From the IMG/VR virus record IMGVR_UViG_3300045988_142085, positions 32,001 to 96,000 of that record: a DNA stretch of 64,000 nucleotides; one strand, given 5' to 3'. The notes beneath the pieces were generated by a model. It saw nothing but the letters and a program-made list of their open reading frames with translations, had not been told where the DNA came from and searched no databases. Below, in pieces: positions 1 to 9,815 of the stretch. Each line of letters begins with the position of its first letter. Position 1 is the stretch's first letter. A program made the position numbers and the translations under genes. This DNA is from a virus.

Positions 1-252
1 ATCCACTTTCGTGATCTCTAATAGCCAAACAACGAGACTCCCGACGCTACTGCCTCTACCATAGCCAGTAGCGATCTTTTTATCTCGACAAAATTTACAA
101 TAGTCGAATACTATTAACAAGTATTCTTCCATGTTTAATTTAAATAATGTATTTAATTCGTCCTGCAAACGATCGACATATTCACCAGATAACTCTAGTT
201 TATTTAAACGATCCCAGCAGTAATCCGAAATGAATTTTTGAATATCGTTCAT
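1..252 (-). CDS. dnaE: DNA polymerase III alpha (DnaE-type) catalytic subunit, N-terminal part (runs off window); starts after the position of the PHP domain
   Basis: Minus-strand ORF from ATG at 252 with upstream AGGAAAGAAAGGTGG RBS. Translation ...FDYCKFCRDKKIATGYGRGSSVGSLVVWLLEITKVD matches the DnaE GPGRGSxAGSLVAYALxIT finger motif region. Confidence 0.6.
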   Translation of the reverse strand, partial: MNDIQKFISDYCWDRLNKLELSGEYVDRLQDELNTLFKLNMEEYLLIVFDYCKFCRDKKIATGYGRGSSVGSLVVWLLEITKVD

Positions 253-280
253 ACAGGCCACCTTTCTTTCCTAACAAAAA

Positions 281-308
281 AGAGCTCCAAAAAGGAGCTC
301 TTCATCAC
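281..308 (-). terminator. rho-independent terminator
   Basis: GAGCTCC-TTTTT-GGAGCTC hairpin followed by TTTTTTGTT on the minus strand. Confidence 0.5.
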
Positions 309-341
309 ATATAAATGTGCGTAAATACTTATATCTAATGA

Positions 342-512
342 TTAGGATAACTTAGAACTTACATTATATACATGATATTGAATTTGACCGAGAATCTCGA
401 ACATCTCTCTTGACGTATTAATGTTACTTGTCGTAACAAAAATATCGTTATTATCGGTAACTTCGATTGTAAATTTTTTATTTGTATTTTCTTTTTTAGA
501 TCGTTTTTTCAT
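342..512 (-). CDS. small hypothetical protein (56 aa)
   Basis: ATG-initiated minus ORF MKKRSKKENTNKKF..., below the ORF-track size cutoff. Sits between a terminator and an inverted repeat. Confidence 0.3.
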   Translation of the reverse strand: MKKRSKKENTNKKFTIEVTDNNDIFVTTSNINTSREMFEILGQIQYHVYNVSSKLS

Positions 513-529
513 AATAGACACCTGCTAAC

Positions 530-560
530 ACTAACAGCTAACATTAGCCGTTAATGTTAG
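530..560. promoter_or_regulatory. perfect 9-bp inverted repeat GCTAACATT-agccgtt-AATGTTAGC with adjacent GCTAACAC/TAACAGC direct repeats; candidate operator just upstream of the small ORF
   Basis: Read directly from the sequence. No function demonstrated. Confidence 0.25.
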
Positions 561-598
561 CATTTAATTCTATATGTATATTTTAACATATTTTTTGT

Positions 599-805
599 TT
601 ACCAGCAATCCGGACAAACAATTTTTTTAGTGTCTAAATCGTATACAGCGCAATCGTCGCAAATTACTTTGCCACACTTACTGCACACCATTTTATATTC
701 TTCTTCGCATGGCTGACCACATTGTTCACATCGGAAATACCCTTCAGGAACTGGAGGTTGATCCGACGTTAATTTGTGCCACCATGCTTTAATTTTTTTA
801 ATCAT
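599..805 (-). CDS. zinc-ribbon protein (four CxxC pairs)
   Basis: 68 aa with CEQCG...CSKCG...CDDC...CPDC. Confidence 0.6.
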   Translation of the reverse strand: MIKKIKAWWHKLTSDQPPVPEGYFRCEQCGQPCEEEYKMVCSKCGKVICDDCAVYDLDTKKIVCPDCW

Positions 806-1947
806 AGGCCATACCTTTTAAGCTCTTTCTCGAGAATTATTTTAGCAGCAGAATCTTCTTCGACACTCTTTATTGCTATACTCAGTTGATCTTTATATTT
901 ATTAAGAACACGTTGACGATTGTCTTCGTATTCATTACTAAAATCTTTAAGCACGTGTCGATAATATGGAACTTGTCTACCTTTAACAATACTAGGCAGT
1001 TCATATTTATATTTATTTGCCATATCGGCCAAATCTAAATCTTTGTCGAGCCATACAATATCGGGATACAGATCATATTTGCCGAACATTTCGATAGCTT
1101 GATCGACATCTTTTTCGCCATGCCAATCACGATCATATACGATAACGGGCTTCAGCCCTGTCGATTCGATTAGATTAACATGTTTATCGTCTAATATGGT
1201 TCCCATCGTGCAAACGCAATTTTGAAGACCATATTTGGTTGCCAAAATAACGTCGAAACAGCCTTCTGTTAAATAAATATAATCGAGACTATAATTAATT
1301 TTATTTAAACCATATAAATAACGACTCTTAGTAAAGAATTTGTTCTTATTATCGACAAAATATTTATTAGCAACTTCATCGTCGATAGCTCTTTTACAGA
1401 AGCTAACTAAATGATTATATGCATCATATAACGGAATAGTGATACGACCTCTAACGTCGTAACCTAAACCCCATTCACGAACATCGCTACCAACTAATCC
1501 ACGGCTTAAAATATACTTCTGAGCTTTTTCGCTTTGCTTAAGATCTTCGATATACCTTTGATTTTCCTTTTCATTCGATTCAAGATAAGCAGTTTCTTCA
1601 TTCTGAGGTTTTAATCCAGTAATTTGAATTGCTTTCTCGATGGCATCTTGGAAGCTTGCTTTTTTGTCGCCATGGTTCATCATCCACCAGATAAATGCTA
1701 TAGCATTACTGCCGAATAATCTTTTTTCGGTGTTTTGTTTACCGACATGACAACCAAAGCAAGCCCAAGTTTGAGCGCCATGTTTATTCCAAATTTTAAA
1801 ACTCGGAGTTTTATCGTTATGATCTGGATGAGGACAAGAAGCTTGCCATAAATTACCAACTTTTTGAACTTTGGTATATTGACTGGCAAGCTTAACAATG
1901 TCTATTTTTTCATTTAATCTTCGGATAAACTCTGTAGTATATTTCAT
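802..1947 (-). CDS. dnaG: DNA primase (DnaG-like, CHC2 zinc finger + Toprim)
   Basis: CPHPDHNDKTPSFKIW...CFGCHVGK zinc-binding motif. Toprim-like YLTEGCFDVI...DRDWHGEK. Confidence 0.8.
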   Translation of the reverse strand: MKYTTEFIRRLNEKIDIVKLASQYTKVQKVGNLWQASCPHPDHNDKTPSFKIWNKHGAQTWACFGCHVGKQNTEKRLFGSNAIAFIWWMMNHGDKKASFQDAIEKAIQITGLKPQNEETAYLESNEKENQRYIEDLKQSEKAQKYILSRGLVGSDVREWGLGYDVRGRITIPLYDAYNHLVSFCKRAIDDEVANKYFVDNKNKFFTKSRYLYGLNKINYSLDYIYLTEGCFDVILATKYGLQNCVCTMGTILDDKHVNLIESTGLKPVIVYDRDWHGEKDVDQAIEMFGKYDLYPDIVWLDKDLDLADMANKYKYELPSIVKGRQVPYYRHVLKDFSNEYEDNRQRVLNKYKDQLSIAIKSVEEDSAAKIILEKELKRYGL

Positions 1948-1962
1948 TATTTATCCTTAAAT

Positions 1963-2538
1963 TTATTTAACATAGAAAGCATCATCACGATCTTCATATC
2001 GAACATTAGTTAATTCTTTACCGTTAAGTAATACTTTACCGTCGACAAATTCAAGATCTTTTTTAAGATTAGACCAAGAGAATTTAGTAACAGTTTTAAA
2101 GTATTTTTCATCGTCAATACCTTTAACTTCTTTTTCGAGTTCGACATCATCGTGATCGATAAGTTTTTCTTGTTTACGATAGCCTGCAGTACCCTCGATA
2201 AATTTAACAGACTTTTTACCGGTTTGTTCAAGACTAGATTGAATGTACGGTTCTAACATTTGTTGTAACCGTTCAATTTCAAAATCGTAAGAACTGCATT
2301 TGCTATCGACAAACATTTTAACTTTATCTTTATAAAGTTTTAACATTCTTTCGGCTTCAGCAATGTCGTGTTCTTTTTGTTCTTGAAGCTCTTTAATGCG
2401 ACGAATCGTATAGTTTGCTTCATTGATAGTGCTGACAACAGCTAAATTTCGATTTTCCTCGTCGATGAAATTCTGAAGCTCTTCGGTAAAACCGAGTTCA
2501 GAATTCTTTTCATCTTCGATAAGATTTAATCCTAACAT
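1963..2538 (-). CDS. hypothetical protein (coiled-coil rich)
   Basis: 191-aa ORF between the primase and helicase genes. Confidence 0.5.
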   Translation of the reverse strand: MLGLNLIEDEKNSELGFTEELQNFIDEENRNLAVVSTINEANYTIRRIKELQEQKEHDIAEAERMLKLYKDKVKMFVDSKCSSYDFEIERLQQMLEPYIQSSLEQTGKKSVKFIEGTAGYRKQEKLIDHDDVELEKEVKGIDDEKYFKTVTKFSWSNLKKDLEFVDGKVLLNGKELTNVRYEDRDDAFYVK

Positions 2539-2539
2539 A

Positions 2540-2758
2540 CTAATTATCCTTTCTTATAATACGAGAATGATATCCTTCTTTTTTATTCACAATCTTTAAT
2601 GCGATTTCATCGTAGCTGTCAGTCGCTATTAACTGATATACGAATACTGTATCGTGATTGCTGCTTGCGCGTTCAATTCGTCCATGACGCTGAGTCTGGA
2701 TCAAATAACTATCGGCTGGTTCCATCTCGATGAGGTACTTAGCCGATTGGCAATTCAT
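2540..2758 (-). CDS. SF2 (SNF2/DEAD-like) helicase, exon 2 (motif VI)
   Basis: NCQSAKYLIEMEPADSYLIQTQRHGRIER equals SNF2 LNLQxA...QAxGRxxRIGQ motif VI. It continues helicase motif V (NAGAEG), which ends exon 1. Confidence 0.65.
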   Translation of the reverse strand: MNCQSAKYLIEMEPADSYLIQTQRHGRIERASSNHDTVFVYQLIATDSYDEIALKIVNKKEGYHSRIIRKDN

Positions 2759-3064
2759 CATTCTTGTGTTAACTTACTATTTCTAGTAAGATCGGACTCT
2801 ATCTTTAATTTTTTATTTAAAAATTATTTCCTGTTCAATGTATACATTGTTTACTTATATCTTATTAAGATACTTTCAATAGTCTCTGAACCTTTATCTT
2901 TGTCACCAAAGATACTTGGCTGCGGATTGTCCAATCTTAATCTTTTTTACTGTATCAAGATAATTACTCTTGCCCCATATTATATCACTATATATGGTTA
3001 GTAGATTAAGCTCTAAGGAGATCCCCGTCAATTTAGGAAATTTAAAGAGGGCATGAGTTTGTTC
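2759..3064 (-). mobile_element. group I-like intron (family B, ORF-less) in helicase gene
   Basis: Interrupts the motif V/VI junction. Contains GACTCTATC ... GATAGTCTCTGAAC (P7-like halves) shared with the recA and gyrB introns. Exon 1 ends in T; candidate 3' splice site after G of the ATG before AAT TGC. Confidence 0.6.
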
Positions 3065-4321
3065 ACCCTCTGCGCCAGCGTTAGAAGCAATTAGGACATT
3101 ACATTCTTGTGTATTATTAAATTTTTGTAATTGATTATATCGTTCTTCACTTGAGTGAGAGCCATTAATAAAGGCGATTTGAATTCCTTTAAAACGATTT
3201 TCTAAATACGTTTTAAGAATTCCTTGTGCTGTTCTATACTTACAGAACACAACAACTTTTTCACCTTCACTTAAAATACTCTCGACTAAGTCTAAGAACA
3301 ATTCAATCTTTTCAGATTTTTCGCCAGTCACATATTCTTGTGCCGCTTTACTATCGCTTAGTAATAATAACTCATCACTAATAGTAAGCTCTTGAGCAAA
3401 TGTTTGTTTCATTAAGATCATATTATCGATCTTATTAAATTCTTCATTCTTTCTAGCTTCTTCGATCGAATTAAACCGTTCAAGCATAACTTCTTGTTGT
3501 GCTTTAAGATCTTTGATTTCTTCGAGGAGCTTATCACTCATAGCTTGTACTTTTCTACCTAAAGAGCAAAATTTTTGAGCGACGACAAGTTTAGGTAAAT
3601 GACTGCTTACTTCTTCTTTCGTTCGGATAATTAAATTATGTTTAATTTTATCGGTTAATTCTCGTTCATTACGAGAACCGATAATATATCCGAGACTATT
3701 CTTTTTGACATATTGTTTATCGAATTTATTTATATTAGTAAACAAATCTTTTTTGATAAATCTATATATGCCAAATATATCTCGAGGATTTTTTTGAATC
3801 GGAGTTGCTGTTGCTCCGAAAGTATACTTTATATTATTAAATTTATATAGGCTTTTACTTCGTTTGGCTTGATAGCTTTTTACATATTGTACTTCGTCGG
3901 CAAAAATATATTCTAATTTCATTGCCAACAAACGTTCTCGAACTTTTTCGTCGTTAAGCGTTTCATAGTTACAAATAAGTAAATCGCCAACAAACTGATT
4001 ATCGAAGTTTTTCTTAGCCTTTGCTGAAGTTTCTAAAATGCTCGGAATCAGATCACTAAACTTCTGAACTTCATGGAACCATTGAACTTTTAAACTACTT
4101 TTAACTACGATTAATCCTGGACCTTTTATTTTCTTACGGTCTAAAAGTTCTAGATAAAGATCGATCGCTATTAAAGTTTTGCCAGCCCCGCAGCTTGCGA
4201 CGATTAAGCTACCTTCATCAATATCGAGAAGTTCTTTTACGGCTGTCTTTTGATAATTATAGAGTTCATATTTACATTTACCGATACCTTCGATGCTAAA
4301 ATTCGGACAATATAATAGCAA
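3065..4321 (-). CDS. SF2 helicase, exon 1 (Walker A GAGKT, DEAD-like motifs)
   Basis: SCGAGKTLIAI, FADEVQ, NVLIASNAGAEG. The ORF-track tail EQTHALF...KYLW is intron read-through. The first canonical start is TTG at 4321; the frame stays open about 75 codons upstream. Confidence 0.7.
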
Positions 4322-4551
4322 TCGATGGATATCGTTAACTTTCCATTTACCTTGTTCGACGAAGTTGGATGTCTTTCCGAGCCCATAAAGAATTTTATTT
4401 AAATCTTCTTTATTTAAATTTTGAGGAACGACAACATTATTTAATTTGTCAATTATCAGATTATCACCACCTTTAATAATATATAATACTATTATACACT
4501 ATTTAGATCTTAATCTTCAATTGATTTATCGAAATTTCAATACCGGCAACA

Positions 4552-4806
4552 TTAAGCTTTATACCGTCTTCTTGATGTTTCCGGTATGTATACTTTTTCC
4601 AGGGCTTTTTCAAGCTTTTGTAATTTTTCCATGTTTTGTTTGATGCATTCATGATCTGTATGTACCTTCAACAATCTTTTAATGCCGCCAATATATGACA
4701 TAATGTCAAGAATTTGTTGCCGAGTTGTATAATACTGATTTTTCAACATAGTTTCTTCCTCAGCAATAAATTGACTTATTTCATAGTTGATATCTCTTGT
4801 TAACAT
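4552..4806 (-). CDS. hypothetical protein
   Basis: 84-aa minus-strand ORF. Confidence 0.4.
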   Translation of the reverse strand: MLTRDINYEISQFIAEEETMLKNQYYTTRQQILDIMSYIGGIKRLLKVHTDHECIKQNMEKLQKLEKALEKVYIPETSRRRYKA

Positions 4807-7114
4807 ACTCGTTATACAATTCCCTTAACTGAATGATATTGCAATTAGGATCGTAATTCATTTCTTTTAAAAACTCAACGAATAACGCATCTTCTTGTTT
4901 AATTTTACCAAAGACTTCAGGAGTCTTTTCAGCGATACGTTTATTAATTTGATCTAATTTGGATAACTTAATTTCTTCTGGCATAGCTTCATCGAATAAA
5001 ATTTCTTTAAAAGATTGGAATGTTCTTCGACGACGTTTCCAAGTATTATAATGATCACATTTAACTTTATACATTTTGCCAGCATTATCGGTTATTACAT
5101 AGCCTTCGATATCTTGCATACCGCCAATAAGCTTCTCGACACCAAGCTCGAATTGATAAGGAGCGTAGACTATTTCTTCTTTAACAAAACTAAAAGTAGT
5201 TTCGTATGAAAGATCAATCGATTTATTTAACTCTTCTTTTAATGCCTCACTTAAATTTCGATCGATATTTCTACCGTTAGCAATATGTAAAACATTCGGT
5301 ACAAAATCTAAAAGATACATACGTTTTCGACCATGATAATTAACGATATGAGGATCGTCTGGATGAATTACTTCGAATATAGCAGAACAATTACTTTCTT
5401 TAAGAATTTTAATAACTTGTTCTTTAACTTCTTCAGAAACGAGATTCCAGACATCTTTAATATATCCAGCATGTTCGCTTTCTGTTGTAGACTTACTAGC
5501 AATAATTAATTTATCTAAACGATGATCCCAACTCAGAATGCCTAAGAAGCCATTTTCTTTCATTGCAAGTCTGACAGGATATTGTAATTCTTTAATTTCG
5601 TCTTCTTTATTATCACGTTCGCCAACATTAAAGAACTTATCGTAACTTCTTGCAAGAACTTCGCCAGTAATAGCGTCGACAAATAAACCTCTAGCTTTAA
5701 TAGTGATATCATTCCAAATAGAATGATAGAACACTTCTTCACTAAAGTTAAGACTTAACATATTGTTAGGTAATTTTTTAACTTTTACATGCCGACTATT
5801 AGCAATAGCATTTACTTCAAAGTCGTCGGTGCTATAATATTCACCTTTAAAGTCTTCGAGAAGCCTTTGATTTGTTTCGATGTAATTTTTATCGTAAACT
5901 TCGTTTCGAATACCGTTATATTCTTCGCCGTCTTTATTTAAAACAAAATATTTTAAGTATCCGCCGAATTCGACTTGGCCTTCCAAAGGAATATTATGCT
6001 CAGTACGTCTTGCACCACGATGACCGAAAATTTGATTAATCTTAGTATCGCTTTTTTCATAACACAACTCATAGAAAGAAGCTACATCGCTTTCGTAAGC
6101 ACCATGACCATTAATATACTGTTCAGCAGCCATAAGATCGACTGGTTGGGTCATTAAACCAGCATGGTTAACACAATATTTTTTATCGCCAAATTTAAAA
6201 TAGAATGCCGGAATCATATCGCGATATAAGATTCTTAACTTTTTAGATAGTTCTTTGTCGTTAATATATTCTTTTTGCCATTCTTTTAAAGTCGTTAATT
6301 TAAAGCAAGTCATACCATTATCTGTTCGTTGATCAGCTTCACCAAAGGCCCAATCAGCCCAATGTGCTTCATGATTACCTTCAAGAAGAATAACATTCTT
6401 TTTATCTTGAAGTTTAAATAATGTGTTAAGCACTTCTAAATTTTCGATACCACGATCAAAATAATCACCGACGAAAATATATAAATTTTTATCGTTATCG
6501 ATACTATATTTTTTGTCGTAAATTAATTTTTCTAATACGGTATTACAACCATGAATATCGCCGACACAAATAATCTGATCGTATACTTCAGATAGATCTT
6601 TATTTAAACCTTCAAAATCACTTCGGAATTTTAATGTATCTAACTTAGTAATACCAGATGGCATTTTGGTATTTATCCAGTTATTGTACATAGTACGAAT
6701 AACAGTTTCAGGAACATGATCGATTAATGGTCGTGTTTCATTTCTTTGAAGATATACTTCTAAATCTTGACGCTCTGGTTCCCAGTAGAATAATCGATAT
6801 TTATAGCGTTTAGCTAATTCTTTATACCGATTAATTTGTTTTGAATGCCATTTTTGAGAACTACAATGAGTGGCATCGATAATGGTCGGAGAACCAGTTT
6901 TCATTCGATTAACGAGCATTCTATCCATAAGTTCGAAGACTAAGGCATTATCTTTTTGACTAACGCCGACTTCGCCAGCAATGCTTAATTCTGGAGCTCT
7001 TAACATTAATCGAATAATATCAGGAGATATGGTATATGCACTAAGCCCAGCATCTTTAATAGCAGTACTCTTTCCAGATCCTGGACAGCCACGCATAATA
7101 ATTAAATCTCTCAT
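4781..7114 (-). CDS. Pnkp-like RNA repair enzyme: P-loop polynucleotide kinase + calcineurin-type phosphoesterase + RNA ligase-like domain
   Basis: N-terminal MRGCPGSGKST. Phosphoesterase motifs VGDIHGC, GDYFDRG, GNHE. C-terminal nucleotidyltransferase-like KENG motif region. Confidence 0.7.
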   Translation of the reverse strand: MRDLIIMRGCPGSGKSTAIKDAGLSAYTISPDIIRLMLRAPELSIAGEVGVSQKDNALVFELMDRMLVNRMKTGSPTIIDATHCSSQKWHSKQINRYKELAKRYKYRLFYWEPERQDLEVYLQRNETRPLIDHVPETVIRTMYNNWINTKMPSGITKLDTLKFRSDFEGLNKDLSEVYDQIICVGDIHGCNTVLEKLIYDKKYSIDNDKNLYIFVGDYFDRGIENLEVLNTLFKLQDKKNVILLEGNHEAHWADWAFGEADQRTDNGMTCFKLTTLKEWQKEYINDKELSKKLRILYRDMIPAFYFKFGDKKYCVNHAGLMTQPVDLMAAEQYINGHGAYESDVASFYELCYEKSDTKINQIFGHRGARRTEHNIPLEGQVEFGGYLKYFVLNKDGEEYNGIRNEVYDKNYIETNQRLLEDFKGEYYSTDDFEVNAIANSRHVKVKKLPNNMLSLNFSEEVFYHSIWNDITIKARGLFVDAITGEVLARSYDKFFNVGERDNKEDEIKELQYPVRLAMKENGFLGILSWDHRLDKLIIASKSTTESEHAGYIKDVWNLVSEEVKEQVIKILKESNCSAIFEVIHPDDPHIVNYHGRKRMYLLDFVPNVLHIANGRNIDRNLSEALKEELNKSIDLSYETTFSFVKEEIVYAPYQFELGVEKLIGGMQDIEGYVITDNAGKMYKVKCDHYNTWKRRRRTFQSFKEILFDEAMPEEIKLSKLDQINKRIAEKTPEVFGKIKQEDALFVEFLKEMNYDPNCNIIQLRELYNEYVNKRYQL

Positions 7115-7446
7115 TGTTTAAAGTCCTCCAGTTTCCAAATTTGTAATCCATTTTTAATAGCATATTCTAATTCTGTCATACAACCATTACTATGGATATA
7201 ATCACCACACATAACGATAGCATCACAATGTTTAAGTAAATCCATACAAATCTCTAAGCCATCTTCGTAATTTAGTTTACCATCTAAAGTACCGAAGTTA
7301 TGAATCGGGCTAATAAAAACAAAATTGCTTTTATATTTTAAAACGAGATCTGCTAAAATATGACTTACTTTATTTAAATTATCTTGAGCATCGCCATGGG
7401 TTAAAAATGGGTGACTAATATATACTAAAGTCTTTTTATTGTTCAT
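7111..7446 (-). CDS. nucleoside 2-deoxyribosyltransferase-like / DUF4406-like protein
   Basis: YISHPF...MCGDYIHSNGCMTELEYAIKNG fold signature. Confidence 0.45.
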   Translation of the reverse strand: MNNKKTLVYISHPFLTHGDAQDNLNKVSHILADLVLKYKSNFVFISPIHNFGTLDGKLNYEDGLEICMDLLKHCDAIVMCGDYIHSNGCMTELEYAIKNGLQIWKLEDFKQ

Positions 7447-7455
7447 ATTGCTTAC

Positions 7456-7956
7456 CTAAAAGAACTCGAAATAGATAGCATCATCATCTTCGATTTCTTC
7501 TTCGTTAACGACAATACCTTTTTCAATTCTTAATTTATGAGCGTAAGATTCATTCCAGTCGACAATGACAGTATTAAAATCTAGGTTATATTTTTTAGAT
7601 AAAGCAATAAATGCTTCTGTATCGACATCATATCGATGAGACATAATCATACTGATATAACAAATATCTTCTATGTGATTATAGGAAACATTGACTTTAT
7701 AAATATTGTTAGGAGGAAATGCTTCACCAATATTTAAAATATCGAGACATGATTTCTTAGTACTAGTATCTTCTTTTTTTACAAATTCTGCAATGCCAAA
7801 AGAATAATCTAGTTCATAATTATATTTTGTTTCAGACTTTATGCTTCCATCTTCATTTTCGATAATACAATTATCGATAAAATTTTCTTGAACGAATTTA
7901 TTCATGTTCTCAAATGAGCCACGAATATTCATTTTTCCGACTGCCCAATTTGCCAT
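7456..7956 (-). CDS. hypothetical protein
   Basis: 166-aa ORF. Confidence 0.5.
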   Translation of the reverse strand: MANWAVGKMNIRGSFENMNKFVQENFIDNCIIENEDGSIKSETKYNYELDYSFGIAEFVKKEDTSTKKSCLDILNIGEAFPPNNIYKVNVSYNHIEDICYISMIMSHRYDVDTEAFIALSKKYNLDFNTVIVDWNESYAHKLRIEKGIVVNEEEIEDDDAIYFEFF

Positions 7957-7959
7957 ATG

Positions 7960-8319
7960 TCACCTTACTTTTTTATATGTAATAATTTGATAATTTATAA
8001 CTGTTTGTAAAACATCTGGATCTGTACTAAGAACTCTGGTTGATTCTATTACTTTTCTATGAAATACGATATACCCTTTATGTTTCATATCCTTAATTGA
8101 AGCATTAACAAAAGAATCTGTTTCTTTATTCATATCATATTTAACAGTAATTTCGGCTGCGTTATTATATTTATTAATAATGTTAGTGTTGCGAGTATCG
8201 ACTAACTTATTTAATGGACTTTTATATACAACAGGATCAGGTGTATCTTGACCACAACCTACAGATATTAAAAGAATTGATATAATTAAAACGTATTTGA
8301 TTATATTTTTTATAAACAT
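7960..8319 (-). CDS. putative lipoprotein
   Basis: Signal peptide with lipobox LISVGC. Confidence 0.55.
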   Translation of the reverse strand: MFIKNIIKYVLIISILLISVGCGQDTPDPVVYKSPLNKLVDTRNTNIINKYNNAAEITVKYDMNKETDSFVNASIKDMKHKGYIVFHRKVIESTRVLSTDPDVLQTVINYQIITYKKVR

Positions 8320-8328
8320 TTTTAGGTC

Positions 8329-8775
8329 TTATTTCTTAATAGCATCAGCGATAATATTAACATAATCATTCAAATTAGTTTTAAATACTTCGTTTGCAGC
8401 ACTAATATTATCTGGTGTAACATAACTAGAAGCAATGATGGCAATCATCATTTCTTTAGAAGGAATAAAGACGATACAAATAAAACTAAAAATAGTCAAT
8501 ATAATTAAAGGGATTTTGAATTTATTCAAAAGATCCATATATTTTTTTGCGTTTAAATATTCTTCTTCTTTAGATTTGCTGTTGTAATTAAGTTCTTTAT
8601 ATCCAACTTCAAGATATGAATTATATGCATTTATTGCGCTCTTAGTTACAATAAAATTGAACAACCAAAGAGCATCAAAAAATAGAATAAAGAAGAAAGC
8701 AAAATGATTAAAATTATCTAAATTGATTAATGCTTGCAACCAAAATATGGTCCATGGACTAATAATAGGTTCCAT
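8329..8775 (-). CDS. membrane protein
   Basis: Predicted transmembrane segments. Confidence 0.5.
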   Translation of the reverse strand: MEPIISPWTIFWLQALINLDNFNHFAFFFILFFDALWLFNFIVTKSAINAYNSYLEVGYKELNYNSKSKEEEYLNAKKYMDLLNKFKIPLIILTIFSFICIVFIPSKEMMIAIIASSYVTPDNISAANEVFKTNLNDYVNIIADAIKK

Positions 8776-8788
8776 TATTTAAACCTTT

Positions 8789-9169
8789 CTATTTTTTTAA
8801 ATTTAAATCATTAGGATATTTACCATATGTATTATCCCAATCTTTAATCTTTTTATTTAATTCTGCAAAATAACGATAAGGATCGTTATAATCTTCAAGA
8901 TTAAATTCTAGATCTTTAATGTTATCAATTTCTTGATTCCAAGAGTAAATAATATCATACTTTAATTCATGAGCATATTGTGGTTCTACATTAGAAAATA
9001 CATATTCATATGTTTCAATAAAATCTTTAATAAAAGATGTTGGCAAATCGATATTTAAAATATCTTCAATTTCATCGAGAATATATTCACATTCCATATA
9101 TATTTCTCGATCATTAATTTCAACGCCATTAAGAGAACCTTTAAATTCTTGAATTATTTTTGCGTCCAT
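8789..9169 (-). CDS. hypothetical protein
   Basis: ORF. Confidence 0.5.
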   Translation of the reverse strand: MDAKIIQEFKGSLNGVEINDREIYMECEYILDEIEDILNIDLPTSFIKDFIETYEYVFSNVEPQYAHELKYDIIYSWNQEIDNIKDLEFNLEDYNDPYRYFAELNKKIKDWDNTYGKYPNDLNLKK

Positions 9170-9421
9170 TTATTCGACCTTTCCATTTATGACTGAATAA
9201 CCATACTCATTATAATAATGTTCGACTTCGACATATTCTTGATGCACAGTCACTACATATAAATAAGTAACGTCAACACTATAATTAAAAATATAAATAC
9301 GATTATTAAAATCTTTTTCATTGTAAGCAATTTCTGTTAAAAAGTCTTCATTAAAATTACGAATATCCTTTTTAATGGCATTTATTGCTCGTTTTTTATA
9401 ATGATCATGTAAAAATGACAT
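9170..9421 (-). CDS. hypothetical protein
   Basis: ORF. Confidence 0.45.
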   Translation of the reverse strand: MSFLHDHYKKRAINAIKKDIRNFNEDFLTEIAYNEKDFNNRIYIFNYSVDVTYLYVVTVHQEYVEVEHYYNEYGYSVINGKVE

Positions 9422-9424
9422 AAT

Positions 9425-9766
9425 TTAATCCGCAAATTTACAGATGCTTTCATCATCTGTATAATCTTTAATCCAAATTTGATAAGTTTCTTTGTTAATT
9501 AAATGACGAATATACTTTTCAATAGAACATGCTTCTAAGAAACCTTTTTTAGACTCCCAAATGATATTTCGAATGTCTTTTGTTTCATTATCAATAAATT
9601 CAATTCTAAATTCTAAAAAATCATTTTCATATAAATATGAAGTTATTAACTTAATATCTTTATCTATAGAGGACAAATGATCATTTAATAAATTTTGTTT
9701 TAATGTATATGATTTTACATAATTCTCATATGGAATATATAAATTAATTGTATACATAAAAATCAC
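9425..9766 (-). CDS. hypothetical protein
   Basis: ORF. Confidence 0.5.
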   Translation of the reverse strand: MIFMYTINLYIPYENYVKSYTLKQNLLNDHLSSIDKDIKLITSYLYENDFLEFRIEFIDNETKDIRNIIWESKKGFLEACSIEKYIRHLINKETYQIWIKDYTDDESICKFAD

Positions 9767-9786
9767 TTCCCTTATTTAAAAGAAAA

Positions 9787-9812
9787 GCCTCCCAATTAAG
9801 GGAGGCTATAAT
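9787..9812 (-). terminator. rho-independent terminator
   Basis: AGCCTCCC-TTAATT-GGGAGGCT hairpin plus T-run on the minus strand, downstream of the adhesin gene. Confidence 0.55.
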
Positions 9813-9815
9813 TAA

